DNA of 64,000 bases from an uncultured Flavobacteriaceae bacterium (GCA_965367745.1 CBDUKG010000004.1:2197-66196), one strand, 5' to 3'; counted from the stretch's first letter, positions 17,953 through 29,818 are shown. Made by a program: numbers and translations. Notes: generated from the sequence alone by a model not told the origin.

Positions 17953-20850
17953 TTAATTTCTCTTTAATTTCTTTTTAACTTCAACTTCTTGGTAAGCTTC
18001 AATAATATCACCAACCTCAATATTGTTGAAATTCTTTAACTGAATACCACAATCATATCCTTTGGCAACTTCTTTAGCGTCATCTTTAAATCGTTTTAAA
18101 GAAGTTAATTCACCTGAATGAATCACTACACTATCTCTAATAATTCTAATTTTAGAGTTTCTAAAGATTTTTCCGCTAGTCACCATACAACCTGCAATAT
18201 TTCCAACTTTAGAAATTTTGTAAACTTCTCTAATTTCAACATTACCTGTTACTTCTTCTTTAATTTCAGCAGACAACATTCCTTCCATTGCATCACGAAG
18301 ATCGTTAATAGCATCGTAAATAATAGAGTATGTTCTTACGTCAATTTCTTCATTATCAGCTAACATTCTGGCATTTCCAGAAGGTCTTACATTAAAACCA
18401 ACAATAATTGCATCGGAAGCAGAAGCTAATAATACGTCAGATTCTGTAATTGCACCAACACCTTTATGAATAATATTTACTTGAATTTCATCTGTAGATA
18501 ATTTTTGGAATGAATCGGTTAAGGCTTCTACAGAACCATCAACATCACCTTTTAATATAATGTTCAATTCTTTAAAGTCACCTAATGCAATTCTTCGTCC
18601 AATTTCATCTAAAGTAATATGACGTTGTGTTCTAACAGATTGCTCACGTTGTAATTGAGAACGTTTAGTAGCAAGTTGTTTCGCTTCTTTTTCATCTTCA
18701 AAAACGTGAAATCTATCACCTGCTTGAGGAGCTCCATCCAACCCTAGAATTGAAACTGGAGTAGAAGGGCCTGCATCTTCCATACTCTTTCCACGCTCAT
18801 CAAACATCGCTTTTATTTTTCCACTATGTTTACCAGCTAACATATAATCTCCAATTTTTAAAGTACCTTCTTGTACTAAAATAGTTGAAACATATCCACG
18901 ACCTTTATCTAATAAAGCTTCAACCACAGTCCCAACAGCATTTTTATTTGGATTTGCTTTTAAATCTAACATTTCTGCCTCTAAAATTACTTTTTCAAGT
19001 AAATCATTTACACCTAAACCGGTTTTAGCAGAAATATCATGTGATTGTATTTTACCACCCCAATCCTCAACTAACAAATTCATTTGAGAAAGTTGTTCTT
19101 TAATTTTTTCTGGGTTTGAAGTAGGTTTATCAATTTTATTAATGGCAAAAATAATTGGCACACCAGCAGCTTGTGCGTGGCTAATTGCTTCTTTTGTTTG
19201 TGGCATTACATCATCATCAGCTGCAACAACAATAATTACAATATCTGCAACTTGTCCACCACGTGCACGCATTGCCGTAAAGGCTTCGTGACCAGGAGTA
19301 TCTAAGAAAGCTATTTTGTGCCCGCTTTTTAGTTGTACACCATAAGCACCAATATGTTGGGTAATACCACCAGATTCTCCAGCAATTACGTTTTCTTCAC
19401 GAATATAATCTAATAAAGATGTTTTACCGTGATCTACGTGCCCCATTACGGTAATAACAGGTGCTCTAGTTTCTAATTCTTCTTCTGTATCTTGGTGTTC
19501 TTCAATAGATTCTTCAACTTCTGCACCAATAAAATCAACTGTATAGTCAAATTCTTCAGCAACAATTGTTAACGTTTCTGCGTCTAAACGTTGGTTCATA
19601 GTTACCATCATTCCTAGAGACATACAAGTAGAAATAATATTTGTAACTGGTATGTTCATCATTGTTGCAATTTCACTAACTGTAACAAATTCAGTAACTT
19701 TAAGTACTTTACTTTCTGCTGCTTGTAATTCTTGATCTATCTCTGTTTGTTGACGATGTTGATCTCTTTTGTCACGTCTGTATTTTGCTCCTTTTCCTTT
19801 TTTAGATTTACCTTGAAGTTTTTCTAAAGTTTCTCTTACTTGTTTTTGAACTTCAGCTTCAGATGGTTCTTCTTTTACAATAGGTTTTCTAGGGCCACCT
19901 CTTAATGGACCTCTTTGGTTTCCACCTCTACTTTGTGGTGCGCCTCCCGGTCTTCTAGGTCCTCCTTGCGTAGGTGCTTTTTTAACAATTCTTCGACGTT
20001 TCTTTTTATTTGCATCAGCAGCTTTTTCTTTTTTCACTACTGCCTCAGGTTTTTTCTTTTTAGGTTTTTCAAATTGTTTTAAATCAATTGTTTTACCTGT
20101 TATTTTTGGACCTGATAATTTTTTATATTGAGTTTCAATTGTTTGAGGTGCAGCAGGTTCTGAAGGTTCTGCAGTTTCAGGGGCTTTCTCAACCTCTTTT
20201 ACAGGTTTTTCTTCTTTTATCACAACAGGCTCAACAATTTTCGATTTCGTTATTTTAGAAACATCCTTTTCAACTACTGTCTCTTTTTCAGTCTTAGGAG
20301 CAGCCTCTTTTTCAACCTTCTTAGCAGCCTCTTTCGGTGCTTCTTTCTTTGGCGCTTCTTGTTTTGCTTCGATTTTTGGAGTTTCAGCAATAACCTCTTT
20401 AACAGCTTTAGGTTTTATAGGTGCTTCTTCTTTAACCTTTTCAACAACGGGTTTAGAAACTTCAACCTTAGGAGTACTTGGTTCCTCCTTTTTAGGTTCA
20501 ATATCTATTTTCCCAACGGTTTTAAACTCTAATTTTTCTGCTTTGGCTTTTACAACAACTTTTTTGGCTTCTTCCTCAAGACGCTGTTTTTCCATTTTTT
20601 CTTCAAGAGCTACTCTTAGGGCTTCTTTTTCCTTTCTTTTTTCTTCACTTACCTCTTTAGAAGCTGCCTTTTTGTTTCTATCAGTCTGAAAACCATCTAG
20701 TAATACATTGTATTCTTCATTAGAGATTTTAGTAGTCGGTCGTGCCTCAATTTCAAATCCATGATTTGTTAAGTGCTCAACGGCTCTATCTAACGAAATG
20801 TTTAATTCGCGTAATACTTTGTTTAGTCTCAATGTTTTGTTGTCAGCCAT
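17953..20850 (-). CDS. infB: translation initiation factor IF-2
   Basis: [13 protein letters not shown] and NKID motifs; long K/E/P-rich N-terminal linker; synteny with nusA. Confidence 0.99.
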   Translation of the reverse strand: MADNKTLRLNKVLRELNISLDRAVEHLTNHGFEIEARPTTKISNEEYNVLLDGFQTDRNKKAASKEVSEEKRKEKEALRVALEEKMEKQRLEEEAKKVVVKAKAEKLEFKTVGKIDIEPKKEEPSTPKVEVSKPVVEKVKEEAPIKPKAVKEVIAETPKIEAKQEAPKKEAPKEAAKKVEKEAAPKTEKETVVEKDVSKITKSKIVEPVVIKEEKPVKEVEKAPETAEPSEPAAPQTIETQYKKLSGPKITGKTIDLKQFEKPKKKKPEAVVKKEKAADANKKKRRRIVKKAPTQGGPRRPGGAPQSRGGNQRGPLRGGPRKPIVKEEPSEAEVQKQVRETLEKLQGKSKKGKGAKYRRDKRDQHRQQTEIDQELQAAESKVLKVTEFVTVSEIATMMNIPVTNIISTCMSLGMMVTMNQRLDAETLTIVAEEFDYTVDFIGAEVEESIEEHQDTEEELETRAPVITVMGHVDHGKTSLLDYIREENVIAGESGGITQHIGAYGVQLKSGHKIAFLDTPGHEAFTAMRARGGQVADIVIIVVAADDDVMPQTKEAISHAQAAGVPIIFAINKIDKPTSNPEKIKEQLSQMNLLVEDWGGKIQSHDISAKTGLGVNDLLEKVILEAEMLDLKANPNKNAVGTVVEALLDKGRGYVSTILVQEGTLKIGDYMLAGKHSGKIKAMFDERGKSMEDAGPSTPVSILGLDGAPQAGDRFHVFEDEKEAKQLATKRSQLQREQSVRTQRHITLDEIGRRIALGDFKELNIILKGDVDGSVEALTDSFQKLSTDEIQVNIIHKGVGAITESDVLLASASDAIIVGFNVRPSGNARMLADNEEIDVRTYSIIYDAINDLRDAMEGMLSAEIKEEVTGNVEIREVYKISKVGNIAGCMVTSGKIFRNSKIRIIRDSVVIHSGELTSLKRFKDDAKEVAKGYDCGIQLKNFNNIEVGDIIEAYQEVEVKKKLKRN

Positions 20851-20891
20851 ATAATTTATTTTTAGCCTATTTAATGTTGAAAATTTAAAGA

Positions 20892-22151
20892 TTAATCTTC
20901 AAATTCTTCTTTTAATATTTTTTGAACCTCTAAAATAGTTTCCTCTTCTAAATCAGTTCTTTTTAAAAGTTCAGCTACATCTTTTTCAAGTACACTACGT
21001 GCAGTATCTAAACCTATTTTTTTGAATTCTTGAATTACCCAAGCTTCTATTTCATCTGAGAATTCTGTTAATTCTACATCGTCTTCAGCTTCAACACCTT
21101 CGCGTTGGACATCTAGTTCGTAGCCTGTTAGTTGTGATGCTAAACGGATGTTAACTCCGTTTTTACCAATTGCTTTTGAAACTTCCTCTGGTAATAAAAA
21201 TACATCAACTCTTCCTTTCTTACCATCTTCTCTACCTTCTTCCTCATGAATTTTCATTGAAACAACTTTGGCAGGGCTTAAAGATCTGGCAATAAATAAT
21301 TGTGTGTTTTTTGTAAAGTTAATTACATCAATATTTTCGTTTCCTAATTCACGTACAATTCCATGAATACGAGAACCTTTCATGCCGACACAAGCTCCAA
21401 CTGGATCAATTCTATCATCGTAAGAATCTACAGCTACTTTTGCTTTCTCACCTGGTATTCTGGCAACACCTTCTATAGTTATTAAACCGTCAAATACTTC
21501 AGGGATTTCTTGTTCAAATAATTTTTCTAAGAATTGAGGTGATGTTCTTGATAAAATAATAACTGGTTTGTTACCACGTAATTCTACAGTTTTTATAATA
21601 CCACGAACTGATTCTCCTTTTCTAAAATAATCTGAACGGATTTGCTCACTTTTAGGTAAAACAATTTCGTTTCCATCATCATCTAACAAGATTATTGCAT
21701 TGTGGCGAATGTGATGCACTTCAGCACTATATATATCTCCTTCTAATTCTTTAAAATGTTTAAAGGTGTTAGTACTATCGTGCTCATGTATTTTTGAAAT
21801 AAGATTTTGGCGCAATGCTAAAATTGCTCTTCTTCCTAAGTCAATCAATTTTACTTCTTCAGAAACATCTTCACCAATTTCAAAATCTGGTTCAATTTTT
21901 CTTGCTTCTGAAAGTTCAATCTCTTCATTATCATCTTCAGACATTCCGTCTGCTACAACTATTCTGTTTCTCCAAATTTCTAAATCTCCCTTATCTGGAT
22001 TTATAATAATATCAAAGTTATCATCAGACCCGAATTTTCTTTTTAAAGCTGCTCTAAATACTTCTTCAAGTATTGACATTAGCGTAACTCTATCAATATT
22101 TTTATCTCCTTTAAACTCTGAAAATGACTCAATTAATGCTATATTTTCCAT
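20892..22151 (-). CDS. nusA: transcription termination/antitermination factor NusA
   Basis: S1 and KH domains, [26 protein letters not shown]. Confidence 0.99.
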   Translation of the reverse strand: MENIALIESFSEFKGDKNIDRVTLMSILEEVFRAALKRKFGSDDNFDIIINPDKGDLEIWRNRIVVADGMSEDDNEEIELSEARKIEPDFEIGEDVSEEVKLIDLGRRAILALRQNLISKIHEHDSTNTFKHFKELEGDIYSAEVHHIRHNAIILLDDDGNEIVLPKSEQIRSDYFRKGESVRGIIKTVELRGNKPVIILSRTSPQFLEKLFEQEIPEVFDGLITIEGVARIPGEKAKVAVDSYDDRIDPVGACVGMKGSRIHGIVRELGNENIDVINFTKNTQLFIARSLSPAKVVSMKIHEEEGREDGKKGRVDVFLLPEEVSKAIGKNGVNIRLASQLTGYELDVQREGVEAEDDVELTEFSDEIEAWVIQEFKKIGLDTARSVLEKDVAELLKRTDLEEETILEVQKILKEEFED

Positions 22152-22163
22152 GCATTCATTTAA

Positions 22164-22628
22164 TTAAAATATTACTTTCACTTTTGCTTCTAAAATATCC
22201 ACAAATGGTATTATTGCTTTTTTTACAACTGTAATTTTACCTTTGCCTATTGGTTTTGGTTCCCGTACTTTCCATTCTAACGCTATATCTTCTTCATTTA
22301 CGTTTATAAGTTTTCCTTCAACATTAGAATTGTTAGTTAACTTAACTTGCAGGATACGATTAATATTTTTTAAATATTGTCGTTTTACTTTTAGAGGATT
22401 TGCTATATCAGGTGACGTTACTTCTAAAGAAAAATCTTCTTCCTCTCTATCTAAATTATGTTCAACGGCCCTGCTAACTCTTATGCATTCAGTTAAAGCA
22501 ATGCCATTATCTCCATCTACCTCAACGTAAATTTTATTGTCGGGTAAAAATTTTAGATCAATTAAAAATAACGCAGGGTTTTCTTTTAATGCTTGATCTA
22601 CTAAAGCTATAATTTTAGTTTTATCCAT
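22164..22628 (-). CDS. rimP: ribosome maturation factor RimP
   Basis: FSLEVTSP motif; first gene of rimP-nusA-infB. Confidence 0.96.
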   Translation of the reverse strand: MDKTKIIALVDQALKENPALFLIDLKFLPDNKIYVEVDGDNGIALTECIRVSRAVEHNLDREEEDFSLEVTSPDIANPLKVKRQYLKNINRILQVKLTNNSNVEGKLINVNEEDIALEWKVREPKPIGKGKITVVKKAIIPFVDILEAKVKVIF

Positions 22629-22636
22629 TATTTTAT

Positions 22637-22662
22637 AAAAAGAGGGGACTTTACGTCCCCTC
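22637..22662 (-). promoter_or_regulatory. rimP leader hairpin/attenuator
   Basis: GAGGGGAC-N5-GTCCCCTC plus a U-tract on minus, 9 nt before the rimP ATG and downstream of TATATTTG (22691-22698, minus). Confidence 0.75.
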
Positions 22663-22790
22663 CAATCCTCTATTCTGTAATAATTCGGTGCAAATATACT
22701 AACAATTTTTTAATTATAAAAAATGATTTTTTTTTTAATTTAAAATTCATAACTTTACGTGAAATCATAACAATTTAGAACACATTTTTT

Positions 22791-23621
22791 ATGAAAAGTA
22801 TATTAGTACCAGTTGATTTTTCAATACAAGCTCAATATGCAGCAAAAGTTGCAGCTACAATAGCTAAACAAACGAATTCAAAAATATTCTTATTGCATAT
22901 GCTTGAGCTACCTTCTGGAGTTATTGACCCTTCTAGTTATGGTACTTCAAATAATACTCCTACGGCATTGTTGTTTTTAAAACGTGCTCATGAAAAATTC
23001 GAGGAATTTAAAAGGCTTCCGTTTTTAGAAGGTATAGAGGTAGAAGATTCAGTAAATTTTTATAAGGCTTTTGAAGGAATTTTGGAAGAAAGCAAAAAGC
23101 GCCAAGTTGATTTAATTGTAATGGGATCTCAAGGAGCATCGGGTCTTGAGGAAATTTTAGTGGGTAGTAATACGGAAAAAGTTGTTAGAAATTCTGAAAT
23201 ACCTGTGTTGGTTGTAAAAAAGGATATTGAAAATTTTAAAATCAAAAATATTGTTTTTGCATCTAATTTTAAAATTGATAATAGGTCTGCATTTCAAAAA
23301 ATATTAAATTTCACACTCTTGTTTGATGCAAAATTGCATTTACTTAAAATTAATACAATTCATAATTTTGAAACTACCAAGGACTCTAGTGATGCAATAA
23401 GAAGTTTTATTGATGGGTTTGATTTAGGTGAGTTTACATTAAATATTTATAATGATATTTCTGTAGAGTCTGGCGTTCTTAATTTTTCTAAATTAATAGA
23501 CGCAGACGTTATCGTGCTTAATACTCACGGACGCAGAGGGTTAGCTCATTTGTTTAATGGAAGTATTGGTGAAGATTTAGCAAATCATGCTAAACTACCT
23601 GTAGTTACTTTTAAACTTTAA
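22791..23621 (+). CDS. universal stress protein (tandem USP domains)
   Basis: ILVPVDFS, DLIVMGSQG, GSNTEKVVR and PVLVVK motifs. Confidence 0.95.
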   Translation: MKSILVPVDFSIQAQYAAKVAATIAKQTNSKIFLLHMLELPSGVIDPSSYGTSNNTPTALLFLKRAHEKFEEFKRLPFLEGIEVEDSVNFYKAFEGILEESKKRQVDLIVMGSQGASGLEEILVGSNTEKVVRNSEIPVLVVKKDIENFKIKNIVFASNFKIDNRSAFQKILNFTLLFDAKLHLLKINTIHNFETTKDSSDAIRSFIDGFDLGEFTLNIYNDISVESGVLNFSKLIDADVIVLNTHGRRGLAHLFNGSIGEDLANHAKLPVVTFKL

Positions 23622-23634
23622 GGCACAAGTATTT

Positions 23635-24423
23635 TTATTTTAAACCTTTTGGGATTTCACAAACAGGAATGGCAACCATTTTATGTTTATTAGCATTATT
23701 TCTTTGAGAATAAATAGTGAACACATCTTTTTCCCTACCTAAAAAGTCATTACTGGTTTTCCCAATTTCGGCTTGTTTCATTGCCCATTCAAGTTCATTG
23801 TAGCTCGCTCCAATTTGATCTTCATCAGTTCTGCTATCACCAAATAAGCCGTCTGTTGGTGCTGCTTTTTGAATACTTTTTGGCACTTCTAAGAATGCTG
23901 CGATTTTATAAACTTCAGATTTCATTAAATCTGCAATAGGACTTAAATCTACACCACCATCGCCATATTTCGTAAAAAAACCTACCCCAAAATCTTCAAC
24001 TTTGTTTCCAGTTCCTGCAACTAAATAGCCGTACAGACCTGCAAAATAATATAACGTTGACATACGCAATCTAGCGCGGGTATTTGCTAAAGACATATTT
24101 ACGGTAGCTGCATTACCAATGGTTGGAACTACAGATTTAAATTCTTCAAAGGTATCTGTTAAATTAATTTCGGTTGAACTTACATTTTTAAATTGTTTTT
24201 TTAATTGTAAAATATGTTCTTTTCCTCTTGAAACTTGGCTTACTCCTTGGTGAATTGGCATTTCAACACACAAAATAGGAAATCCAGTTTTCGCACAAAG
24301 CATTGAAGTTACGGCAGAATCTATTCCTCCAGAAATTCCAATTACAAATCCATTTACCTTTGCATTAGTTGCATATTCTTTTAACCAGTTAACAATATGT
24401 TCAACAACTTTTTCTGTATTCAT
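23635..24423 (-). CDS. nadE: NH3-dependent NAD+ synthetase
   Basis: GISGGIDS, RARLRM, TKYGDGG and PTDGL motifs. Confidence 0.97.
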   Translation of the reverse strand: MNTEKVVEHIVNWLKEYATNAKVNGFVIGISGGIDSAVTSMLCAKTGFPILCVEMPIHQGVSQVSRGKEHILQLKKQFKNVSSTEINLTDTFEEFKSVVPTIGNAATVNMSLANTRARLRMSTLYYFAGLYGYLVAGTGNKVEDFGVGFFTKYGDGGVDLSPIADLMKSEVYKIAAFLEVPKSIQKAAPTDGLFGDSRTDEDQIGASYNELEWAMKQAEIGKTSNDFLGREKDVFTIYSQRNNANKHKMVAIPVCEIPKGLK

Positions 24424-24482
24424 AATTAAACTTTTTTAGTAATTTTAGCGTTTTAAATAAAGAAGTGTAAATATATAAATTA

Positions 24483-25442
24483 ATGAACAAAATTATAATA
24501 CTGTTATTAGTTTTATCGGTAAGTTTTTCTTGTAAAAACGAAATCAAAAGTAAAGTTGATGTCTCAACTATTGAAATTAATGTTGAAGTTGATCGATTTG
24601 AGCAAAATTTTTTTAATACAACAGCTGAAACTTTACCAGCGTTAAAAAAAGAATATCCTTATTTATTTCCTGTAAATAATTCAGACAGTATTTGGTTACA
24701 AAAAATTAATGATGTTGAAGAAATTAAACTTTTTAAAACATCTCAAGAAGTATTTGAAGATTTTTCTGAGCAGACATCAGAGATTGAAGATTTATTTAAA
24801 CATATAAAATACTATCATAAAAATTTTAAGGAACCTAAGATAATAACGTTAATTACAGATTTAGATTATGAAAGTAAGGTTATATATGCTGATAGTTTAT
24901 TGTTTGTTGCATTAGATATGTATTTAGGCAAGGAGCAACCTATCTATTTAGATTTTCCAGCATACATTTCTCAAAATTTCGACAAATCGCAATTGGCAGT
25001 AGATATTGCAAATGAGATTAGTAAAAAATACTTTAAATCTAGTAGAAAGAGACAGTTTTTAGATATTATAATTGATGAAGGAAAAAGAATGTTTTTAATT
25101 GAAAGTTATTTGCCAGAGTATTCAAAAGCGAGTTTAATAGGTTATACTTCTGAAGAGTTTGATTGGGCAGCAGCTAATGAATCTCAAATTTGGAAGTTTT
25201 TTATAGAAAATGAATTGCTTTATAACTCAGACCCTAATTTACGGACACGTTTTATTGATAAAGCACCTTTTTCAAAATTTTTTATTGATATTGATAAAGA
25301 ATCGCCAGGAAGTATTGGTGTGTGGTTAGGTTGGCAAATTGTAACAGCTTATATGAATAATAATAATGTAACTTTGCAACAACTTTTGCAATTAAATGCA
25401 GACGAAATATTTAAAAACTCTAAATATAAACCAAAAAAATAA
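24483..25442 (+). CDS. gldB: gliding motility lipoprotein GldB
   Basis: Lipobox (SFSC), APFSKF..ESPG..WLGWQIV, YKPKK end; adjacent to gldC. Confidence 0.92.
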   Translation: MNKIIILLLVLSVSFSCKNEIKSKVDVSTIEINVEVDRFEQNFFNTTAETLPALKKEYPYLFPVNNSDSIWLQKINDVEEIKLFKTSQEVFEDFSEQTSEIEDLFKHIKYYHKNFKEPKIITLITDLDYESKVIYADSLLFVALDMYLGKEQPIYLDFPAYISQNFDKSQLAVDIANEISKKYFKSSRKRQFLDIIIDEGKRMFLIESYLPEYSKASLIGYTSEEFDWAAANESQIWKFFIENELLYNSDPNLRTRFIDKAPFSKFFIDIDKESPGSIGVWLGWQIVTAYMNNNNVTLQQLLQLNADEIFKNSKYKPKK

Positions 25443-25777
25443 TGGCAGTAGCGCATACCTCAAAAATAGAATTTACAGTTGGATTAGACGAGAATAAAGT
25501 TCCAGAAAAATTACATTGGAATGCCGAAGAGGGTGGAATTTCTAATGAAGAAGCAAAAGCATTAATGATTTCTGTTTGGGATTCAAAAACAAAGGATACT
25601 TTAAGAATGGATTTATGGACAAAAGATATGCCAATAGATGAAATGAAACAGTTTTTTCATCAAACATTAGTTTCTATGGCCGGCACTTTTGAACGCGCAA
25701 CTAATGATGAAAAAATGACAGCAACTATGCGCGATTTTTGTGATTATTTTGCTGAAAAATTAGAGTTAAAGAAGTAG
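25442..25777 (+). CDS. gldC: gliding motility protein GldC
   Basis: LDENKVPE, DLWTKDMP and ERAT motifs. Confidence 0.95.
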   Translation: MAVAHTSKIEFTVGLDENKVPEKLHWNAEEGGISNEEAKALMISVWDSKTKDTLRMDLWTKDMPIDEMKQFFHQTLVSMAGTFERATNDEKMTATMRDFCDYFAEKLELKK

Positions 25778-25832
25778 TTGAATTTCTTAAGAGAGAAGGC
25801 AGTGGTTTGAATTTTAAAAACTGTTAATTTAC

Positions 25833-26960
25833 TTAATTACAGTTTTTTATAGTATTTAAAATAGCATAATAATCGTCTGAATTGTTTAGGAAATCTTTAT
25901 CTGAAACATCTATAATTAACGTGTTTAAGTTTTCTTCTGTTTTAATAAAAGTATTATATCCTTTATGTATTTTGTCTAAATATTCTGGAGTTATATTTTG
26001 CTCATAATCTCTGCCACGATTTTTAATATTTTCCAATAAACGTGGTGTGTTTTGATATAAATAGATGTATAAATCCGGTTTGGTAATTTCTTTATACATT
26101 ATATCGAACATTTTTCTATATAAAAAATACTCTTCCTTTTGTAAAGTTACTTGAGCAAAAATTAATGATTTAAAAATATAATAATCAGAAACTATAAAAT
26201 TTTTAAATAAATCAAATTGCGCTAAATCATCCGTAAGTTGTGAGTATCTATCCGCCAAGAAACTCATTTCTAATGGAAAAGCATAACGTTCGTTATCTTG
26301 GTAAAATTTCGGTAAAAACGGATTGTCTGCAAAGCGTTCTAATACTTTTTTAGCATTAAAATCTTCAGCAATCATATTTGTTAATGTTGTTTTACCAGCA
26401 CCAATATTTCCTTCAATAGCTATGTAATTATATTTTTCTGAAATACAAATTGGACGTTTAAGTTTTAGATTCGTTTTTTCTATTTCATTGCTGTCAGTGC
26501 AATTATCGGCAAGAATTCCAATGCGTTGTTTTTCAATAGGATGAATTAAATTTGGTGTGATTTCTGCTAAAGGAATTAGTACAAAGTTTCTGTGTAACAT
26601 TTCCTTATGTGGAACATTTAATTCTTTTGAAAAAATTATTTCAGTATCAAATAATAAAATATCAATATCAATGGTTCTAGCTTTATATTCACTATCGGAA
26701 TTAGGTTCTCTTCCTAAAAACACTTCAATTTTATGAATGGTTTTTAATAAATCTTCTGGATTTAAACCTGTAGAAAGTTCGATACATATATTGTAAAAAT
26801 CATCACTTTTAAAACCCCAAGATGCGGTTTTATAAACAGATGAAATTTTAGTGACAGTGCCAATTTTTTCAGCAATTAAATTAATTGCTTTTTGTAAATT
26901 TTTAAGTTTAGCACCTTGGTTGCTTCCTAAAGAAAGATATGTGGTTCTTAATATTTTCAT
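25833..26960 (-). CDS. folK: HPPK (FolK) fused to a deoxynucleoside kinase domain
   Basis: N-terminal YLSLGSN and RTIDIDIL; C-terminal IEGNIGAGKTT and NPFL. Confidence 0.93.
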   Translation of the reverse strand: MKILRTTYLSLGSNQGAKLKNLQKAINLIAEKIGTVTKISSVYKTASWGFKSDDFYNICIELSTGLNPEDLLKTIHKIEVFLGREPNSDSEYKARTIDIDILLFDTEIIFSKELNVPHKEMLHRNFVLIPLAEITPNLIHPIEKQRIGILADNCTDSNEIEKTNLKLKRPICISEKYNYIAIEGNIGAGKTTLTNMIAEDFNAKKVLERFADNPFLPKFYQDNERYAFPLEMSFLADRYSQLTDDLAQFDLFKNFIVSDYYIFKSLIFAQVTLQKEEYFLYRKMFDIMYKEITKPDLYIYLYQNTPRLLENIKNRGRDYEQNITPEYLDKIHKGYNTFIKTEENLNTLIIDVSDKDFLNNSDDYYAILNTIKNCN

Positions 26961-27058
26961 AAACTGAGTACAAAGAAAAGAAAAGTATTATTTAAAAATA
27001 TATCTTTGCGGCTCAACTTATAAACATTTAAGTCTTTTTAATATAATAAAGTGTACTC

Positions 27059-28813
27059 ATGAAATTTTTAAGAAATTTAATAGCTTCTATTTTTGGAACT
27101 TTTATAGCCTTAGGCATCATTTTTATGTTATTTATTTTAATAGCTTCCTTAGCTTCTGAAAGTGAAAAAATAGTAGTGAAAAGCAACTCGGTTTTAGAAT
27201 TAAGATTAAAGGGAACAATTAAAGATTATGCTCCAAAAAGCGAGAATCCTTTTGATGAAGTATTTGGATTTAATGATGGGAAAATGGGTTTAAACGAAAT
27301 ACTAAATGCCATTGAAAATGCTGCTTCTGATGCCAATATTAAAGGAGTAAGTATTCGTGTTTCCGGTATTAATGGCGGAATTGCGCAAACCCAAGCAATA
27401 AGAAATGCACTTTCAGAATTTAAAGAATCTGGTAAATTTATAAATGCATATGCCGATTTATATGATCAACAGGGATATTATTTAAGTTCCGTAGCAGATT
27501 CAGTTTTTATAAATCCATTTGGCGGTCTTGATTTTAAAGGACTTTCTACAGAAGTTTTATACTATAAAGATGTGCAATATAAAACGGGAGTTAAAATGGA
27601 GGTAATTCGCCATGGAAAATACAAGAGTGCTGTTGAGCCTTTTTTATATAACAAAATGAGTGATAATAATAGAAGTCAAATTACATCTTTTTTAACGTCT
27701 ATTTGGAACGAAATGTTACAAGATATTGCTTTAAGTAGAAATAAATCTATTGAGGAATTAAATACTATTGCAGATAATTTATTGGCTAGGAATGCTGTTT
27801 TAGCACTTGATAATAATATGGTAGATGGAGAAGTTTATATTGATGAATATACCGATAAATTAAAAATTGCAACTGGTATTTCTTCAGATGATGATTTAAA
27901 CCGAATTACATTAAAAGATTATATTTCTATTGGAAAAGGACGTAAACGTTCTTCGGCAACTAATAAAATAGCTGTAATTTATGCACAAGGTGAAATTATA
28001 TATGGTAAAGGCGATGAAAACAATATTGGACCAGAATTAATTATTAATGCGCTAAGAAAAGCAACAGATGATAAAAATGTTAAGGCTATTGTTTTAAGGG
28101 TAAATTCTCCTGGAGGAAGCGCGTTAGCAAGTGAATTAATTTGGAGAGAATTAGAATTAGCCAGTGTAAAATTACCAATTGTTGTCTCTATGGGGAATGT
28201 AGCCGCATCTGGCGGATATTATATTGCCTGTAATGCAGACGCAATTTTTGCTGAACCAACTACAATTACAGGTTCAATTGGTGTTTTTGGAGTGTTACCA
28301 AACATTAGTGAATTAGCTGATAATATTGGAGTTAATGCAGAGCAAGTTAGTACAAATAAAGGTGCTAACTATAGTATTTTTGAACCAATGACTGATGCCT
28401 TTAGAACCGTTACACAAGAAGGAGTTGAACAGGTTTATACTACTTTTTTAGAAAGAGTTGCAAAAGGAAGAGGTATGTTAGTAACTGAAGTTGATAGTGT
28501 TGCGCAAGGTAGAGTTTGGTCTGGAGTTGAAGCTATTGAAAAAGGCTTGGTAGATGAATTAGGTAATTTAAATGATGCCATTTTACATGCTGCTGAATTG
28601 GCTGAGGTAACAGATTATAAAGTTAGAAATTACCCGAGTTATAAAATAGATTTTGAAGATCGAATTAATAGTTTTCCTTTTATGAAATCTAAAGAGAAAT
28701 TGTTTTTGGAAGAGTTAGGGGAGGAGAATTATAAAATATATCAAAGTGTAAAACAACTTTCAAAATTAAAAGGGATACAGGCTAGAGCTCCTTTTATGTT
28801 AGAAATTAAATAG
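27059..28813 (+). CDS. sppA: signal peptide peptidase SppA, 67K type
   Basis: GKYKSAVEP, RVNSPGGS, AASGGYY, TGSIGV and GRVWSG motifs. Confidence 0.97.
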   Translation: MKFLRNLIASIFGTFIALGIIFMLFILIASLASESEKIVVKSNSVLELRLKGTIKDYAPKSENPFDEVFGFNDGKMGLNEILNAIENAASDANIKGVSIRVSGINGGIAQTQAIRNALSEFKESGKFINAYADLYDQQGYYLSSVADSVFINPFGGLDFKGLSTEVLYYKDVQYKTGVKMEVIRHGKYKSAVEPFLYNKMSDNNRSQITSFLTSIWNEMLQDIALSRNKSIEELNTIADNLLARNAVLALDNNMVDGEVYIDEYTDKLKIATGISSDDDLNRITLKDYISIGKGRKRSSATNKIAVIYAQGEIIYGKGDENNIGPELIINALRKATDDKNVKAIVLRVNSPGGSALASELIWRELELASVKLPIVVSMGNVAASGGYYIACNADAIFAEPTTITGSIGVFGVLPNISELADNIGVNAEQVSTNKGANYSIFEPMTDAFRTVTQEGVEQVYTTFLERVAKGRGMLVTEVDSVAQGRVWSGVEAIEKGLVDELGNLNDAILHAAELAEVTDYKVRNYPSYKIDFEDRINSFPFMKSKEKLFLEELGEENYKIYQSVKQLSKLKGIQARAPFMLEIK

Positions 28814-28930
28814 TTTTTAATTCTATTACGTTAATCGGATTTATTTATAGCGGATATTCCTGTAAAGGAGGAATCTATAAGTTGTGAAAACAAAATTCTG
28901 AATTTAAAAATGAACAAATACTAAATAAAT

Positions 28931-29818
28931 TTATTTTTGAACTAGTAATTTCTTCATTTCGTTGCGATATTTTAGAGGACTACTTCCTGTAAATTTTTTG
29001 AATAATTTATTAAAGTGCGAGAAATTATTAAATCCACTTTCAAAACAAATTTCTGTAATACTCGAATGGTTTTCTGCAAGTAATTTTGTAGCGTGTACAA
29101 TTCTAAATTCATTTACAAATTGGGTAAATGTTTTGTTTGTAGATTTTTTAAAATACCTGCAAAATGCAGGAACAGTCATGCTAACTTTTTCTGCAATTTC
29201 ATCTAACGGAATAGGTCTTTTAAAGTTTGTATTTACAAAACCAAAAATAACATCTATTTTGTTGTTATCTTGAGGTTCAACTTCAAAAGCAAACCCATCA
29301 ACATTTAATAACGAATAATCTTTTGTATGTGCTAAATCTTTTAAAATTTCCAAAAAATGAATAATTCGATCCATTCCTTCATAATTTACTAACTTTTCAA
29401 TTTTTGGACCAACTGTTTTTTTTACTTCAATATTAAATAAAATACCTTTCTTAGCTTTAATAAACAACGATTTTACTAGTTGCATTTCTGGTAAATCAAC
29501 AAAATTTTCTCCCAAAAAGTCCTCTTTAAATTGAATTACTGTTTCCTTTCCATTTGAAGTAAATCTATCAGTAAAGCCACTATGTGGTAAATTAGCCCCA
29601 ATAAGAATTAGCTGGCTATTACTAAAATAGGATAAATGGCTACCAATATGTCTTTTCCCGTTTGCTTTATTAACATATATTAGCTCTAACTCTGGGTGAA
29701 AATGCCATGAAGGTAAACTATCAACAACGTTTTTGCTATGTTGTTTTATGCGGATTGAGCTTCCAAACTCTGGATTTAGTTTTTTAAAAGCGGGCTTTGT
29801 ATTTTTCATATTTGCCAT
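28931..29818 (-). CDS. AraC-family transcriptional regulator (cupin + HTH)
   Basis: WHFHPELEL cupin; FCRYFKK and SGFNNFSHF HTH motifs. Confidence 0.95.
   Translation of the reverse strand: MANMKNTKPAFKKLNPEFGSSIRIKQHSKNVVDSLPSWHFHPELELIYVNKANGKRHIGSHLSYFSNSQLILIGANLPHSGFTDRFTSNGKETVIQFKEDFLGENFVDLPEMQLVKSLFIKAKKGILFNIEVKKTVGPKIEKLVNYEGMDRIIHFLEILKDLAHTKDYSLLNVDGFAFEVEPQDNNKIDVIFGFVNTNFKRPIPLDEIAEKVSMTVPAFCRYFKKSTNKTFTQFVNEFRIVHATKLLAENHSSITEICFESGFNNFSHFNKLFKKFTGSSPLKYRNEMKKLLVQK

Noticed and set aside
19860-20660. K/E/P/A-rich quasi-repeats in infB
   Set aside because: Normal low-complexity IF-2 N-terminal linker
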